Shown here piece by piece: positions 35,952 through 48,672 of a DNA stretch of 64,000 nucleotides (position 1 is the stretch's first letter; every line of letters starts with the position of its first letter). The stretch covers positions 1 to 64,000 of the forward strand of contig MCFE01000438.1 in the NCBI GenBank assembly GCA_002104905.1, in the 5' to 3' direction. This DNA comes from Basidiobolus meristosporus CBS 931.73 (Eukaryota; Fungi; Basidiobolomycota). Position numbers and translations under genes: made by a program. The notes below the pieces were generated by a model, which did not search any database, was not told the origin of the DNA, and worked only from the letters and a program-made list of their open reading frames with translations.

Positions 35952-37699
35952 TGCGATTGCTTTGAATTGCTCACATTTGTAATGATCCCAACAACCCTTT
36001 TTTTTTGCGATTCAAATCGAGCCATCGCAAATCAGTGATCATCAAATTTTTGATATAAGTAATATCAAGGTCGTCTCACATTTGAGACAGAACCCCTATA
36101 AATAAACACCCTGCATATATATACGTCATCTGTAATACCAGTGCAGCTATTGGATCTGTTTTGCACCTACACGATTGCTTGCGTGCTAGCTATGACACCT
36201 TGCCCAATCACTAGGATCAGGGATTTACTTGCTCAATGGGCTAAATGGGATATTTGATGGCAAATCAGGTAGCTTTTTCAGTAGTCAATGAGCCAATTGA
36301 GGGCTGCCAGCTTCAGGATACTTTTGGACCAATTAACCACTGAGATACCGTCCAATTGGAGTGAGGGTGACCAAAATGGTAAGTATCAGTGTAGTTTATA
36401 GTGTGATACACATTTATTTCCATTTACATTAAAGAAACATATCCAAATACCGGATTTTACCTGCCATTATAGCGGTATCCAATTGCGCACGTGATGCAAG
36501 CATTACGAGTTGGCGCAATCATCCGCGCCAATCTCATCCTGTCAGATTGTGCCATAGTGTGCAAGATTGTCCCGCATAGTGCGAAATTGTCCAAGAACGA
36601 TCCAGCCTTCTGGCAGCTATAATATCACGCCCAATTGTTCTTTGCAACCGCGGATTGCGCCACGCGCCCTGGCACGGTAGGATGGAACAAGTCTACTACC
36701 ATATCCCAATCTCATCAGGAGTATTACCTTCAAGTTCATCATGGATGTGATGAGTTGGCCCATGGAGGACAGCCAGGAGGAGTTGGAAGATACTGAGGAC
36801 ATATGTGCATAGGGAGACACCCATGCCTACAGCATTAAGAAGCTAAGCAGCTCCAATGCATGGGTAAACAGTTAAGTAATGCTGAGTTGTGTTGAGTGCA
36901 ACAAGCAATTATGCTTTATTAGGAGTACTTTACCAAGGTATGCTGGATTTCTCCTAGTTACAGGCCAACTTCTACACCATTCAATATGGAATTGACACAA
37001 ACAAGAGCCAGAGCAAACCTATAAGGAGGACTAGAATCTGGCAGGCAGAAGGAATATATTGGCTATATACCAAGATGTGCTTTGCAGATACTCAGGAGGT
37101 ATTCATGGCAGAAGTGGCAACAACCAAGCATATGTTTGCAAGATGTATATGTTACCAGCAGTACAAGGTACATGGCAACTTTGCAAGTGCCACTCTAAAA
37201 AGCCATGAAGTTGAGGTGATAGAAATATGTTAATTGTGGCAGGTGTGTGCATTTCTAGAAATTAGTAAGCAGGAGGTCATAGCTTTTTTGATTCAAACTA
37301 TATGTGGAATAACCAAGGTAGTAGTGGGTAAGCAAATAGAGACAGGTGATTCAACAGTGGAATATATGGATTGCACAAGGTGAGGCAGAAAAAGGAAATA
37401 CCACTTGGTAAATTGGTATGGTAGCACTATAGAGAACTAGCTGTAGGTGGCCATAGTGCTGTAATAATACCATAAGGTTTATGGCCATATAAGGCAATAA
37501 GATGATCTGACCAGTTATATACATTCAAAATACTTGCAGAGTGCTCTAAGCCTGCAACAATGCCATGCAATTATTGCCACATCACCAATCAAACCCTGTC
37601 AAGTTTAATAACTTTATTTGGCAGCAAAATTAGCAAAACACTGTAGTGATCCTATCATAAGATTGTTAAGAAGGTCACTGATTCCAAGCTGCACATAAA

Positions 37700-39177
37700 T
37701 AGCCCTGTGAAAAGCAATTTGGTTCTGCAGATGAATCTATACCAGATCAGCTGTCAGGATCCTGTAATGAGACTGTCATAATACCTACAGCTAGAAATCC
37801 ATAACCCTCTACACAATCTTACAATGAGATTGTGACAGTGTTTTGCTGAATGTACCACCACTAGAGTTAAGATCTTGCTGGTGTTTTTGCAGTTGTTTGT
37901 CAAGAATTGCATGGCATTCTGATGGTCTTAATGTGCTCTGCATCTATTTGAGAGGGCCTAACCAGCAAATACATCTAATTGCCTAATACAGCAAGAAACT
38001 TAAAAGTGTTTTGACAGATAATAGTTGCATCATTGAGGACATCAGTTGACATTGTGATGGCTATATGGTGGCCTGCAGCTAGTTGTATACAATGCTACCA
38101 TGCCAATTCAACTGATGGTAATTCCATTTTCTATCTCCCCTTGTACCATTTGTATATTCCACTGTAAAATCAAGTTCATATATACAAGTTCATCCAGTCC
38201 TTGCAGTTGTATAGTTGCAAATACATGTGAAAACTGATTGGAGCTTGTGGAAAGTACATTAAGAGGTGGATACTTTGTAATATCTGCTGATTCTTTCAAA
38301 TCTCACTGGTATCTTAATGGGCACATTGAGGTTGGAATGCCCTATATACACTTGGTCATCAGTATAGGGATACAACTGCAGAGCAAATGCATTGCTCCCT
38401 GTGGAAAGCTTTTGCTCTAACAGATACCCCCTATCTTAAGTATCTCTGACTTCTGGTTAATTCAACAATCAGTTTGATGACTTATAGCTTGCCAGTTAAG
38501 CTGCAATTGCATGTTAACTTCTGGGTATTCTCTCTGTAGCAGAATATGGGCTTATTATTAGTGTTTGGGTAATAATAAGGTAATTGAATCATGGAGTAAA
38601 TTCCCTTAATCTCACACATTCCACAGCAATACCATCCATTGTGCCCAGAAAACTGTCTATCTTACTGATGGCTGGTGTATCTCCAATGCAGATATTAATA
38701 TGCGTATTCAAAGACAGCCATTTACTAGTATCCTGCTTGAAGCATGCAAGCTCATTCAGCAATCAATACAGGTAGCTACTCAGGTTTGGTCAGTGATTTA
38801 GGCACAGATGGCAGTTACACTACCCCAATGAAAAATAACTTGGTCCTGCAGATGGATTGAATCCAGATCAGCCATCAAGATCCCATGAGGAGACTGCAAT
38901 AATACCAGCAGCTTAGAATTAATGGCCATCTACACAATCTTATGACAAACTCACAACAGCATTTAGTTAACTTCACAGCCAAATAGAATCAGAAAACATG
39001 ATGGTGTTTACATGATGTTTAGTCAAGAGTAGCATGACATTGTTGCAGTCCTAGTGCACTCTATAACTATTATAGTGGATCTAACCAGCCAGTACATCCA
39101 ATTACCTTATATGGCAAACAGCTTGACAGTGTTTTGATTGCCTCATTGCAAGCCACTGATAGCACTATAAGGGTAGT
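37700..39177 (-). mobile_element. Decayed CACTA/tnp2 transposase copy
   Basis: Nucleotide similarity to 42040-42800 (e.g. CAAATGCATTGCTCCC..ATACCC.CTATCTTAAGTATCTCTG); many stops. Left boundary approximate. Confidence 0.7.
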
Positions 39178-41465
39178 AGACTTGTTCCGTTGGATAGTGC
39201 CACATAGTGCCAGCCGGTTTATGGCACTGGATTGATCTGGCACTCTACAGCACTATCTGGCACCATAATTTCTACCATGATGCCAGTGGTATGATACAGT
39301 TACTAGTAATTTTACTCAATCTTACTTATGTTGCTCAGAGTAATGCTTTCCTTGCTTTATTTACTCTTCATAATGCATAATATATGGAAAATTCAACAAT
39401 CACATTAGTTTTCATACATATTTCATATAAGACCAGGTTGATGCCAATATACTGCTGTATAAGTATCCAAATCCATTGCTATGGTCCCCATACCAAGCCT
39501 CAACTCATCTTTAGTACAGCCCAGACAAAACCCATCCCCCAGCTCACAAGCGCGGTCCGGTGTAGTGGGGTGACAGTGACACCCACTGACAGATGTGCTC
39601 ATTCCCTTATTTTCTACTTCCCTATATCTCTACTACACTTATTTTAGTTTTATCCCATTTGTCTTACCCAATCAGTACTATCCCATAAGCCGGTTGACTA
39701 TCACACCTGCTTACCTTATTGCATAAGTTACCCCTCACTTTATGTAAGATTACTAGCTATAAGTACTTCTATATTAGGCAAGTACCCGCACCAGTACCTG
39801 TGACACATGATCAACCTGTGTCACCATCCCTACCATTTCCATACCGTATATGGTATCCCCATGTTACACAGGTTTAAGAATACTGATCCCTGATTGGTTG
39901 GATGTGCTGTGCCTCTTAGAACCTTCCGGCACCTACTTAGAACATTCTTAGGTCATTCTGATGTCATTAAGATTTCTATTGATCTCCGGAACCTTCTGGA
40001 ACACCATGATTAGTAATCACTTAGCCAGTGAGAAAAGTATATAAGGGAGGCTATCCCTCAACAATAAATCATCATCCCTTTATCAATATACCAACTTGTT
40101 GATTAGTGTGATCACTGCTACCTGCTGCTACCTGAACTTCCAACCCCAGACCACAGGACACTCCCAGGAAACCACGCTGACAGCCAACTGACCTTGGAGG
40201 CACTACTTGTGAGGAATACTCAGAGTAGGTATCTTTTATTATATTTGATTCTTTCCCAAGTTTGTTCTTGTACAGGCAAAGATACTTTTCTGTCTTTGTA
40301 ACTATTGACCACAGCTGCATTCTTATCAAGTCCCTGCTGGTGGAGTTTACAGTTGTTTTGACTTTGGAAGCTTTAGTACATTGTCATCTCAAAGGATGCT
40401 GAACCCAGCACATACTTTTGTTAAGACGCCAACTAAGTTGGGGATTGTAGCTCAATAGTTTTCCCTTGACAAGCTTGTGGCTTTATTCCCCTTCACATTA
40501 GATTAGAGACAGAACCCAAGTATTCCTAGCAAGCTTTTGCCAGAGGTTATTGCACCCAGTGAACACCCCACACACAAAACACTTGAGAAGTGTTGGATGT
40601 ATCTCTCCCTTGAACCTATACACCACCACACCGGACCAGAAAAGTCAATGTTGGATCTGTTTGAGTTCTTGCCAAATCATTTTAGTATGGCCCAAGTGTC
40701 TGTGATGAGCCTTCATACAGATATTTGGGCACTACTGATTAATCTAGCAGTACTAGATACCTCAGAGAGTCAACAAAGATGGAAGAATTTGAGTAGAAAG
40801 CTGTGGCATGAGTTCTACATCAAGATGCCAGCCAATGTATGTAAAAAGATATATAACAAGACAAGTATTGAAATCAAGAATGAGCTGAGAGTGAGGGGAA
40901 TTGATGAAGAAGCCACGCGGGAACAATTTTGCGCACAATTTGCACAGTACGGGCCAGACGCATCTGTTTGTGCCTCAACTTTGGAAACCAAAGAGATTTT
41001 GGATGCATTTTTGCCTCAAATGACTAATGTACTACGTGATATGTTAGTAGAGCTAAGTGGCTTCTGAGAGCAATATACACAGGACTCATCCAGGCAACAG
41101 CTCCAAAGTATCAGACAGAGGGTAAGTGAATACCTTGAGGAATCAGATGGTGAGCTTCAGGAGGAAGAATACAGACCGCAAGCAACATTGTCCAGATTGC
41201 GCCAGAATGCCTTGCTGGATTCCTTACCATCACTTGCAACTTCAGCGTGCTGGCACATGTTATTCCAAAATATGCCAACACCCTTCACAAGAGTGCCCTG
41301 CATCAAGTCAATGCATGAGGGGTCAACATGTGCAAGATCGTCCCGCATAGTGCAAAATTGTCCAAGAACAATCCTTCCTTCTGGTAGCTATAATATTGCA
41401 CCCAATTGTTCTTTACAACCACAGATTGTGCCAGGTGCCCTGGCACGGTACAATGGAACAAGTCT
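39178..41465. mobile_element. PHIS element copy B, non-autonomous (two internal deletions, plus solo LTR insertion)
   Basis: Same TIRs; TSD AGT (39175-39177, 41466-41468). Transposase absent. ORF2 has a TGA at about 41065. Confidence 0.93.
39561..40630. mobile_element. Ty3-type solo LTR-C (1070 bp)
   Basis: TGTAGTGG..CCACCACA termini; 4-bp TSD CCGG; empty site visible in copy A at about 34778-34781; highly similar to 47267-48336. Confidence 0.92.
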
Positions 41466-41679
41466 AGTATGTAACTTAAAGCTAGTTCTGTATCTTTGGG
41501 CACTGTTGTGTGCTTCAAAGACTGTTTGTTGTCCCCCTGCTGTAACATTGGGAAATGGCTCAAATCATGGCTGTGATATTGAGCTACAAGAGTTCCTTCT
41601 TTGCAGCAAATATACTGCTTTCTCTACCTGGGATATTGATTTCTCTACACATATTATCCGCTTGTCTTGTCCTTAGTAT

Positions 41680-44600
41680 TTTTGAACACTTCCTGGCCAC
41701 CCTCCAGGTGCCAACTCATTGCATCCATGCCAGACATGAAGGTAATAATCTTGATGAGATTGGGATATGGTAGTACCTGCAACATGACTTTTTGTCCTAT
41801 CTTCCCACACATCAGCTCCGTAGGAAACTCCAAAAAGGTGGAGCAAGATCCAATATTATTAACACACCAAGCAAGATGGAGTAGCAAATGGATATAGTAG
41901 CAGCAGGGATCTATATTTTCAGCTTTATGTTTATAGTATAGGTGCTCAAAACCCATTACAAACTCTTTACACAAAAGCTGCAGATGAGCCAAGACAGGGT
42001 TTGTGATCCTCTTCTGGATAAGTATTCCTATAATGCTCATCTATGACTCCCAGTGATTCCAATGTACTCTTGGTAGAAATGGCCTCAGATAGCCACTTGT
42101 ATAAAACATATCCAGTTCATTCAGTCCTTGCACTTGTACTTTATATTTGTGTATGAATGTTGATTGGAGCCCTGAGAAGTACTTATGGTAGCAGGTGTTT
42201 GCTAATATCTTGCCAATTCTTTTAAATTTCTCTGGTATCTTGAAGGACTCATTTAGCTTGAAACACCCCATGTGCCAATTGGTCATAAATGTGGGGATAT
42301 TGTTGAACAGCAAATGCATTGCTCCCAGTGAAATGCTTTCTCTCCAACATATACCCTCTATCTTAAGTATCTCTGGTTTCCAATTAACACCATATTTCAG
42401 CCAATGGCTATAGCTTGCCAACTTTGCTGTAATTGCATGAAGTCTGCCATATGTTCTCTTTGTAGGAAGATGAAGTTCTTAGTGTTGGTGTTTGGGTATT
42501 AATAATGTGTGTGAGTTATGGAGTAAGTCCCAAGGATCTCACACAAACAAAAGCAATACCTTCCATTGTGTCCAGAAAAGCCAGCTATCTTGCTGATTGC
42601 TGCATTATCTCCAATGCAGATAATAATATGTGCTTTGATATAACAGTCATTTACTGTAATCCTGCTGGAAAGCATGCAATATTCATCCAGCAATGGATGC
42701 AGGTAGCTCTCCAGGTTGGATGGCAGCCTAGGACCAGATACAAGCTAGACTACCATCAAATTTTTGCTTGGATATTGTAAGATAGTTGGCAAACTCAGGT
42801 TGATGAGAATCAGTAGTCAGCAGGATTTGCTGGTAAAGCACTTGTTTAGTGAGAATCCATCAAATACCAAGGCAAAGGCATGGTCATACATACCTTCAAA
42901 ATAGCCTTTGCTTCTTAGCTATTTGTAATGCTTGCCTTCAAATATATCAGATATGTTTGCACTTGAATGATACTGGATATAGTACTTTATAGCTTCACAG
43001 TATCTGTTGGACTGCATGAGCTTCTGTAAAGAGGGTATTACCATAATATATCTGGAATAAAAGCAATGTTTTCCCCCAATGGTGGAGGATTACTGACAAG
43101 TTGGACACCTTGCAATGGTGGCATTTCTGATGTCAATGCCCTGTAGCTGTTGACACATACTGATATCAGGCCATTCTCTGGGTTGTATGTTGCCAGCTGC
43201 ATGACGGTTATTCATTAATACTATGTATATGGTAAGGTGGATACTTGGATGCTTTGGCAAGAAGTAGTGGTAAAACCTCAAAGCCCCATTACCAACATTA
43301 GTGGAAATGCACCACTTCTCTAGCCACAACATCACATCAATCACCAGTAGGTATGTTACTGGGCTCACTTGACTCCATAAGGAATACTAGGCATTTTTTT
43401 CCATGGGTGTTCTCTCATTGCATAAAGAAATATGGCCAGGCTCATGCAGGGTACTATTGTTAGGGAAGATAGGTGCACAATCCATCTGTGAACCAGCTTC
43501 TTCAGAGCTATCACTCTGCATGCCATATTCAGATGGCTTGGGTGAGCCTATAGGCATCACAAACTCACTTGACTCAGTTTGCACAAGGTGACAAGTGCTT
43601 TTAGGTGCTGTGATAGAGGTTTCAAGTGGCTGTCAAGATATTGCTGATAAAGTAGTACTGGTGAATGGTCATATATGACTTGTGTGGCAAAACACTGGCC
43701 GTGATCCAGGTAATACTTCCTATGCAGTCTGCTTATTTCATGGCTGAGTAGCTTGCTACAATTGCCACATGGTCTTTTTTCACTTCTCTTATGTCTTTGA
43801 TTCAAGTAGTATTGTCTATGGGTCAAGAATTTTGACACTCAGCAACAGAACACTATTATACCATTTTTTGTCAATACTCATCTAAGTTTAGGAGAGTCTT
43901 GTACTTGAGACATTGCACCTACATGAATGGAAGCTTCAATGATGACCCAGCATAGTAGGCATTATATACAAGGTTGTGACACCACATACACTCATATGTG
44001 TAACACCATTTCTCCTTTTGTTTGACTCACTTCCATATATATGCTGCCAAAAATTGAAGCAAAATCTTCAGGTTCCCAACCACATCCCACCACTGACAGC
44101 AGCAGAAGAGCAGTTGGACATCAGCATGCTTTGACAATTAGTGCAACAAGAAGGGCCAAAACTAAAAAACCCTGGGGACATTGTTCCCACCAAAGGTAAC
44201 AATGCATACTTCTCAGGCTTTCAGCCAAGTAGGCAATTGGGAATCTCTGCAGAGCTGCAAGCTGCCTGTTATGCTTATGCAGATGAGAATGTAGCAAATG
44301 CACTACTTGCACAATCCATGCTGTGAATTTTGGACCATTAAAAGGCACACCAAGTGGGTGCCACACTTCTTCAACAGCAGTGCTCAAGAAAATGCACTTG
44401 AATATTGCAAGGACTTATTGCAAAAACTGCCAGATAAGGTGCTAGACCTTGCAGTACTGGCTGAAGATCAGGATGTATGGGAACCAGTGAAGGAATGGTG
44501 TCATAAAGCCACAGGGTTCCTGCCAAAGTCATGGAAACCAAGCTTTACAACAGAAGTACTTATTGAGTGGTGGATTTTAATGGAGTTACTTGTTGAGAGT

Positions 44601-44700
44601 GGGTTAGGCTTAGTGTCAGTTTAGGGTATAGGGACTTGTGTAGGTCAGTATAGGTGGCAATTAAGGTACATCTGAAGTTTCAACAGGAATAAAACAATTT
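41680..44700. mobile_element. Decayed CACTA/EnSpm (tnp2) element: transposase on minus (about 41680-43840), accessory ORF on plus (about 44100-44700)
   Basis: IGDNAAISKIAGFSGHNGRYCFCLCEILG, AMHLLFNNI, IHLLLHL..NIGS..EFPTELMCG are typical tnp2/CACTA motifs. Fragmented by stops and frameshifts. Confidence 0.85.
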
Positions 44701-45019
44701 GTATGCATGTAGAGTAAGAGAAACAGTTTAGTCACAAAGTAGGGAGTGTGAAAAAGAGGCAATAGCCAATCAATGCACACAAATATAGGTGGTGATAGAG
44801 TGTTTGGGATCAGAAAGTGAGAAAAGTGGCAGGGAACCAATCAAACACCACTTTTGTATAATTGTGAGAAGAAAATTGACTGAGCATTTTATGAAATCTG
44901 GGGTGCAATTATTTTTTGACAGTCTTTGCACAGTGTCCTGATGAAACCAATACTTCTTAGTCACAGGACTTTAAATTTGGGATGGCCTTTTGATGGGACC
45001 ATCTCATTAATTATTCATA

Positions 45020-48000
45020 GGGTACCTTCAGATCTCTGCTCTAATACCACAAGGTTGGCAGCAGATTCAGGCTGATGAGAATCAGTGAACAGCAGGATTT
45101 GCCAGTAGAGAACTTGTTTAATTAGAATCCATCAAGTGCCAAGGCAAAGGCATTGTCATACGTACCATCAAAGAAGCCTTTGCTTTTCAGTTGTTTGTGA
45201 AGTTTGCCATCAAATATGTTGGAATTGTTAGGACTTGTTCAATTCTCCCTATGAAGAATTTTTGTGATGATTTTGCCTCCTTTTCACACTGCTGACTATC
45301 TGACACAACTGTTTAACTTACTCTACATGCATACAAGCTATTTTATTTCCATTGAAACTTCAGTTGTACCTCAATTACCAATTATACTGACCTATACAAG
45401 TCCCTATACCCTATATTAGCACTGAGCTCAACCCCATACTTAAGAAGTAACTCCATTAAGATCCACCACTCAATATGTATTTCTAATATAAAGCTCTGGT
45501 TCAATGACTTTGGCAGCAACCCTGTAGCATTATGCAATTGTTCATTCACTGGTTCCCATATATCCTGGTCTTCAGCCAGTACTGCAAGGTCCAGCACCTC
45601 ATCCAGCAGTCTTTGCAATAAGTCCTTGCAATATTCAAGTGTGTTTTCATGAGTACTGCTGTTGAAGAAGTGTGGCACCCTCTTGGTGTGCCAAAAAATG
45701 TTCCAAAATTCCACTGAAGGGACTGTGATGACTATTTGGGTTCTAGATGGTGTTACTTTGTCTGCCAGTGGGATCTCCACTCTGTCAACAATGGAGGACA
45801 TGGAGGCTGTGGTAGACAAATTACCTTTCTCTGCAAATGCATCTACCTCACTGAAATGTGGCTCAACTGGCTGCCCTTCCAGCCCTTGTGAAGGCAGCTG
45901 TTTTCTGGTGGGTAGTTTTTCTTGGCTATGATGAAATTCAGTCTGTTCCCAGCTTGTTGCTTTAACTGGCAAGAACTGCAACTTCTTTCTTATGCTCCCC
46001 TGTCTTGGGCTTAGGTAGACTTTTTTTTCATTACCTTATTCTTTGTCACTGCCAGGTCTTTCATTGATACTTTATGAGTCCTTCTTGTGCTGAACTATGC
46101 TCTCTCCTTGATGAATGCTGCTCTGATGCATCTGTATGGGCTTGATTGTCCCTTGCTGGCACTCTGTGGACAACCTGACGCTTCCTTTCTGCTTATTTCA
46201 AGCTCTCAGGGCATGCTGCAAAAGGCTATTGAGGTAGCCGCTAGTTTTGATCACTGCCAGGTCCTTCACTACTACTTTGACTGGGTGCTTCTTGAATAGA
46301 ACTACAACTTTCCCTTGAAAAATATTGTGCTAGTGCATCTGTGTCTTCCTGCTTTTTGCTTATTAGCACTCTTCCAGCTACCTGATGTCTCATTAATGCT
46401 TGTTTGGAGCTTTTGGCCCTGCTTGTATCAGGCTCTTCAGGAAGCTGCTGGTTGTTAGTCATCACACCAATTTTCTTCTCCCTTTGATAGTTTCTGCTAT
46501 TCTTGAGATACTTTCATAGCATCCCAATGCTGGCCCAAAATATGCTTGCTCATTTGAGTCCAGGATAATGCTCATGGAGCAAGTCAAGCACATCCTTCTT
46601 GGCCTTGAGTTCCAAGTGCTTCCATGGTATGCAGGCCCTAAGGTGCTAGCATACTAGACTTCTAAAGGCCTCTTGATTATTACACCATTTTTCATCATTG
46701 CACTCAGCAGCTATATGCATCTTCAATGTCTTTGATTATCAGGAGTTTATATCAACACTACATTTTCTCCCTTGCATGCAGTGATAAGTTTTTTTGTGGG
46801 CTGTATCTTTGGGTGCAGTTATTGTGCTTCAAAGACTGTACAGTGTTCCTCTGCTGCTACATTGGGAAATGACCCAACTTTGGCTGTGATATAGCGCTAC
46901 TTGAGCTCCTTCTTTGCAGCCAAGATACTGCTTTCTCTACCTGAGATATTGACTACTCTACACCTACTTTGTGTTCATCTGGTTTCTGCACTATTTCCTG
47001 CTTTCTCTGGGCCAGCGCATCTATCCTATCAGCAACTGCACCTAATTGCCTCATTAATGCATTAGTATAAGCTGACATCATACTAGCTGCTTTGGGTGGT
47101 GGTAATGTTATGACAGCCACTTGTTGGTCTTCAACTGCAGGTTCTGCGTTTGCTACATGCTCATCTGTATGAGCATTATGGTCAGCTTGCAGCTCTGCAG
47201 AGATTCACAATTACCTACTTGACTGATAGGCTGAGGAGTCCGCATCAATACATTCAGTGAACACGCTGTAGTGGGGTGACAGTGACACCCACTGACAGAT
47301 GTGCTCATTCCCTTATTTTCTACTTCCCTGTATCTCTACTACACTTATATTAGTTTTATCCCATTTGTCTTACCTAATTAGTACTATCCCATAAGCCGGT
47401 TTACTATCACACCTGCTTACCTTATTGCATAAGTTACCCCTCACTTTATGTAAGATTACTAGCTATAAGTACTTCTATATTAGGCAAGTACCTGCACAGT
47501 ACCTGTGATACATGATCAACCTGTGTCACCTTCCCTACCATTTCCATACCATATATGGTATCCCTATGTTACACAGGTTTCAGAATACTGCTTCCGGATT
47601 GGTTGGATGTGCTTAACCTCTTAGAATCATCCAGCACCTACTTAGAACATTCTTAGGTCATTGTGATGTCATTAAGATTGCTATTGATATCCAGAACCTT
47701 CTGGAACACCATGATTAGTAATCACTTAGCCAGTGAGAAAAGTATATAAGGGAGGCAATCCCTCAACAATAAATCATCATCCCTCTTATCAAAATACTGC
47801 CTTGTTGATTAGTGTGATCACTGCTACCTGCTGCTACCTGAACTTCCAACCCCAGACCACAGGTCACTCCCAGGAAACTGTACTGACAGCCAACTGACCT
47901 TGGAGGCACTACTTGTGAAGAATACTCAGAGTAGGTATCTTTTATTATATTTGATTCTTTCTCAAGTTTGTTCTTGTACAGGCAAAGATACTTTTCTGTC

Positions 48001-48672
48001 TTTGTAACTATTGACCACAGCTGCATTCTTATCAAGTCCCCGCTGGTGGAGTTTACAGTTGTTTTGACTTTGGAAGCTTTAGTACATTGTCATCTCAAAG
48101 GAAGCTGAACCCAGCACATACTTTTGTTAAGATGCCAACTAAGTTGGGGATTGCAGCTCAATAGTTTTCTTTTGACAAGCTTGTGGCTTTATTCCCCTTC
48201 ACATTAGATTAGAGACAGAACCCAAGTATTCCTTGCAAGCTTTTGCCAGAGGTTATTGCACCCAGTGAACACCCCACACACAAGACACTTGGGAAGTGTT
48301 GGGTGTATCTCTCCCCTGGACCTATACACCACCACAATGCTGTCCACAGGGATTTTTTTGGTTCTATCACTACTTATTATTCTAAATGTAAAATCAAGCT
48401 GTTGTTCAACTTTTCTTCTGCTACTGTCAGCAATGGGGTTTGGTTGGTAACCAGACAACTTTGCTTCATTGTTTGGCAGTATATATTTAAAAGTGATCAA
48501 GCTAAAGGGAAATGGTATTATACATATGTGTGTATGTAGTGACACAGCTTTATTTATAATGCTTATTATGCTGGATCATCATTGAATTTCACAACCATGT
48601 AGGTGCAATGTCTCAAATAGAGAACTTCCTAAATTTACATGAGTATTGACAAAAAAGTGATATTATTGCATT
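45020..48672 (-). mobile_element. CACTA family relics: tnp2 fragment (about 45050-45250) and long accessory ORF (about 45382-47266), plus intergenic segment 48337-48672
   Basis: 45382-45981 ORF matches 44298-44624. 47100-47260 and 48337-48672 are reverse-complement similar to 43850-44300. Confidence 0.75.
47267..48336. mobile_element. Ty3-type solo LTR-C (1070 bp)
   Basis: Same termini as 39561-40630; flanks ACGC / ATGC (TSD with a CpG>TpG change). Confidence 0.92.

Larger units (their letters stand above)
33277..36694. mobile_element. Two-ORF PHIS-superfamily DNA transposon, copy A (3418 bp, near intact)
   Basis: TIRs AGACTTGTTCC / GGAACAAGTCT; 3-bp TSD ACT (33274-33276, 36695-36697); subterminal TAGTGCC/GGCACT repeats; divergent transposase and ORF2. 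Confidence 0.95.
32770..36850 (+). mobile_element. CACTA/tnp2 transposase fragment (32770-33276 and 36695-about 36850) split by the PHIS element
   Basis: Rejoined flanks read NIRPCCTFCEFPMEQMCWEIGR*FKLQILPYPNLIRSITF, colinear with NIGSCSTFLEFPTELMCGKIGQKVMLQVLPYPNLIKIITF at 41654-42040. Confidence 0.8.

Noticed and set aside
33275-36696. Alternative reading of the PHIS ends as a TA-duplicating (Tc1/mariner-like) element
   Set aside because: Empty-site paralogue and host reading frame fit only a 3-bp ACT duplication, and the transposase is DDE_Tnp_4 type.
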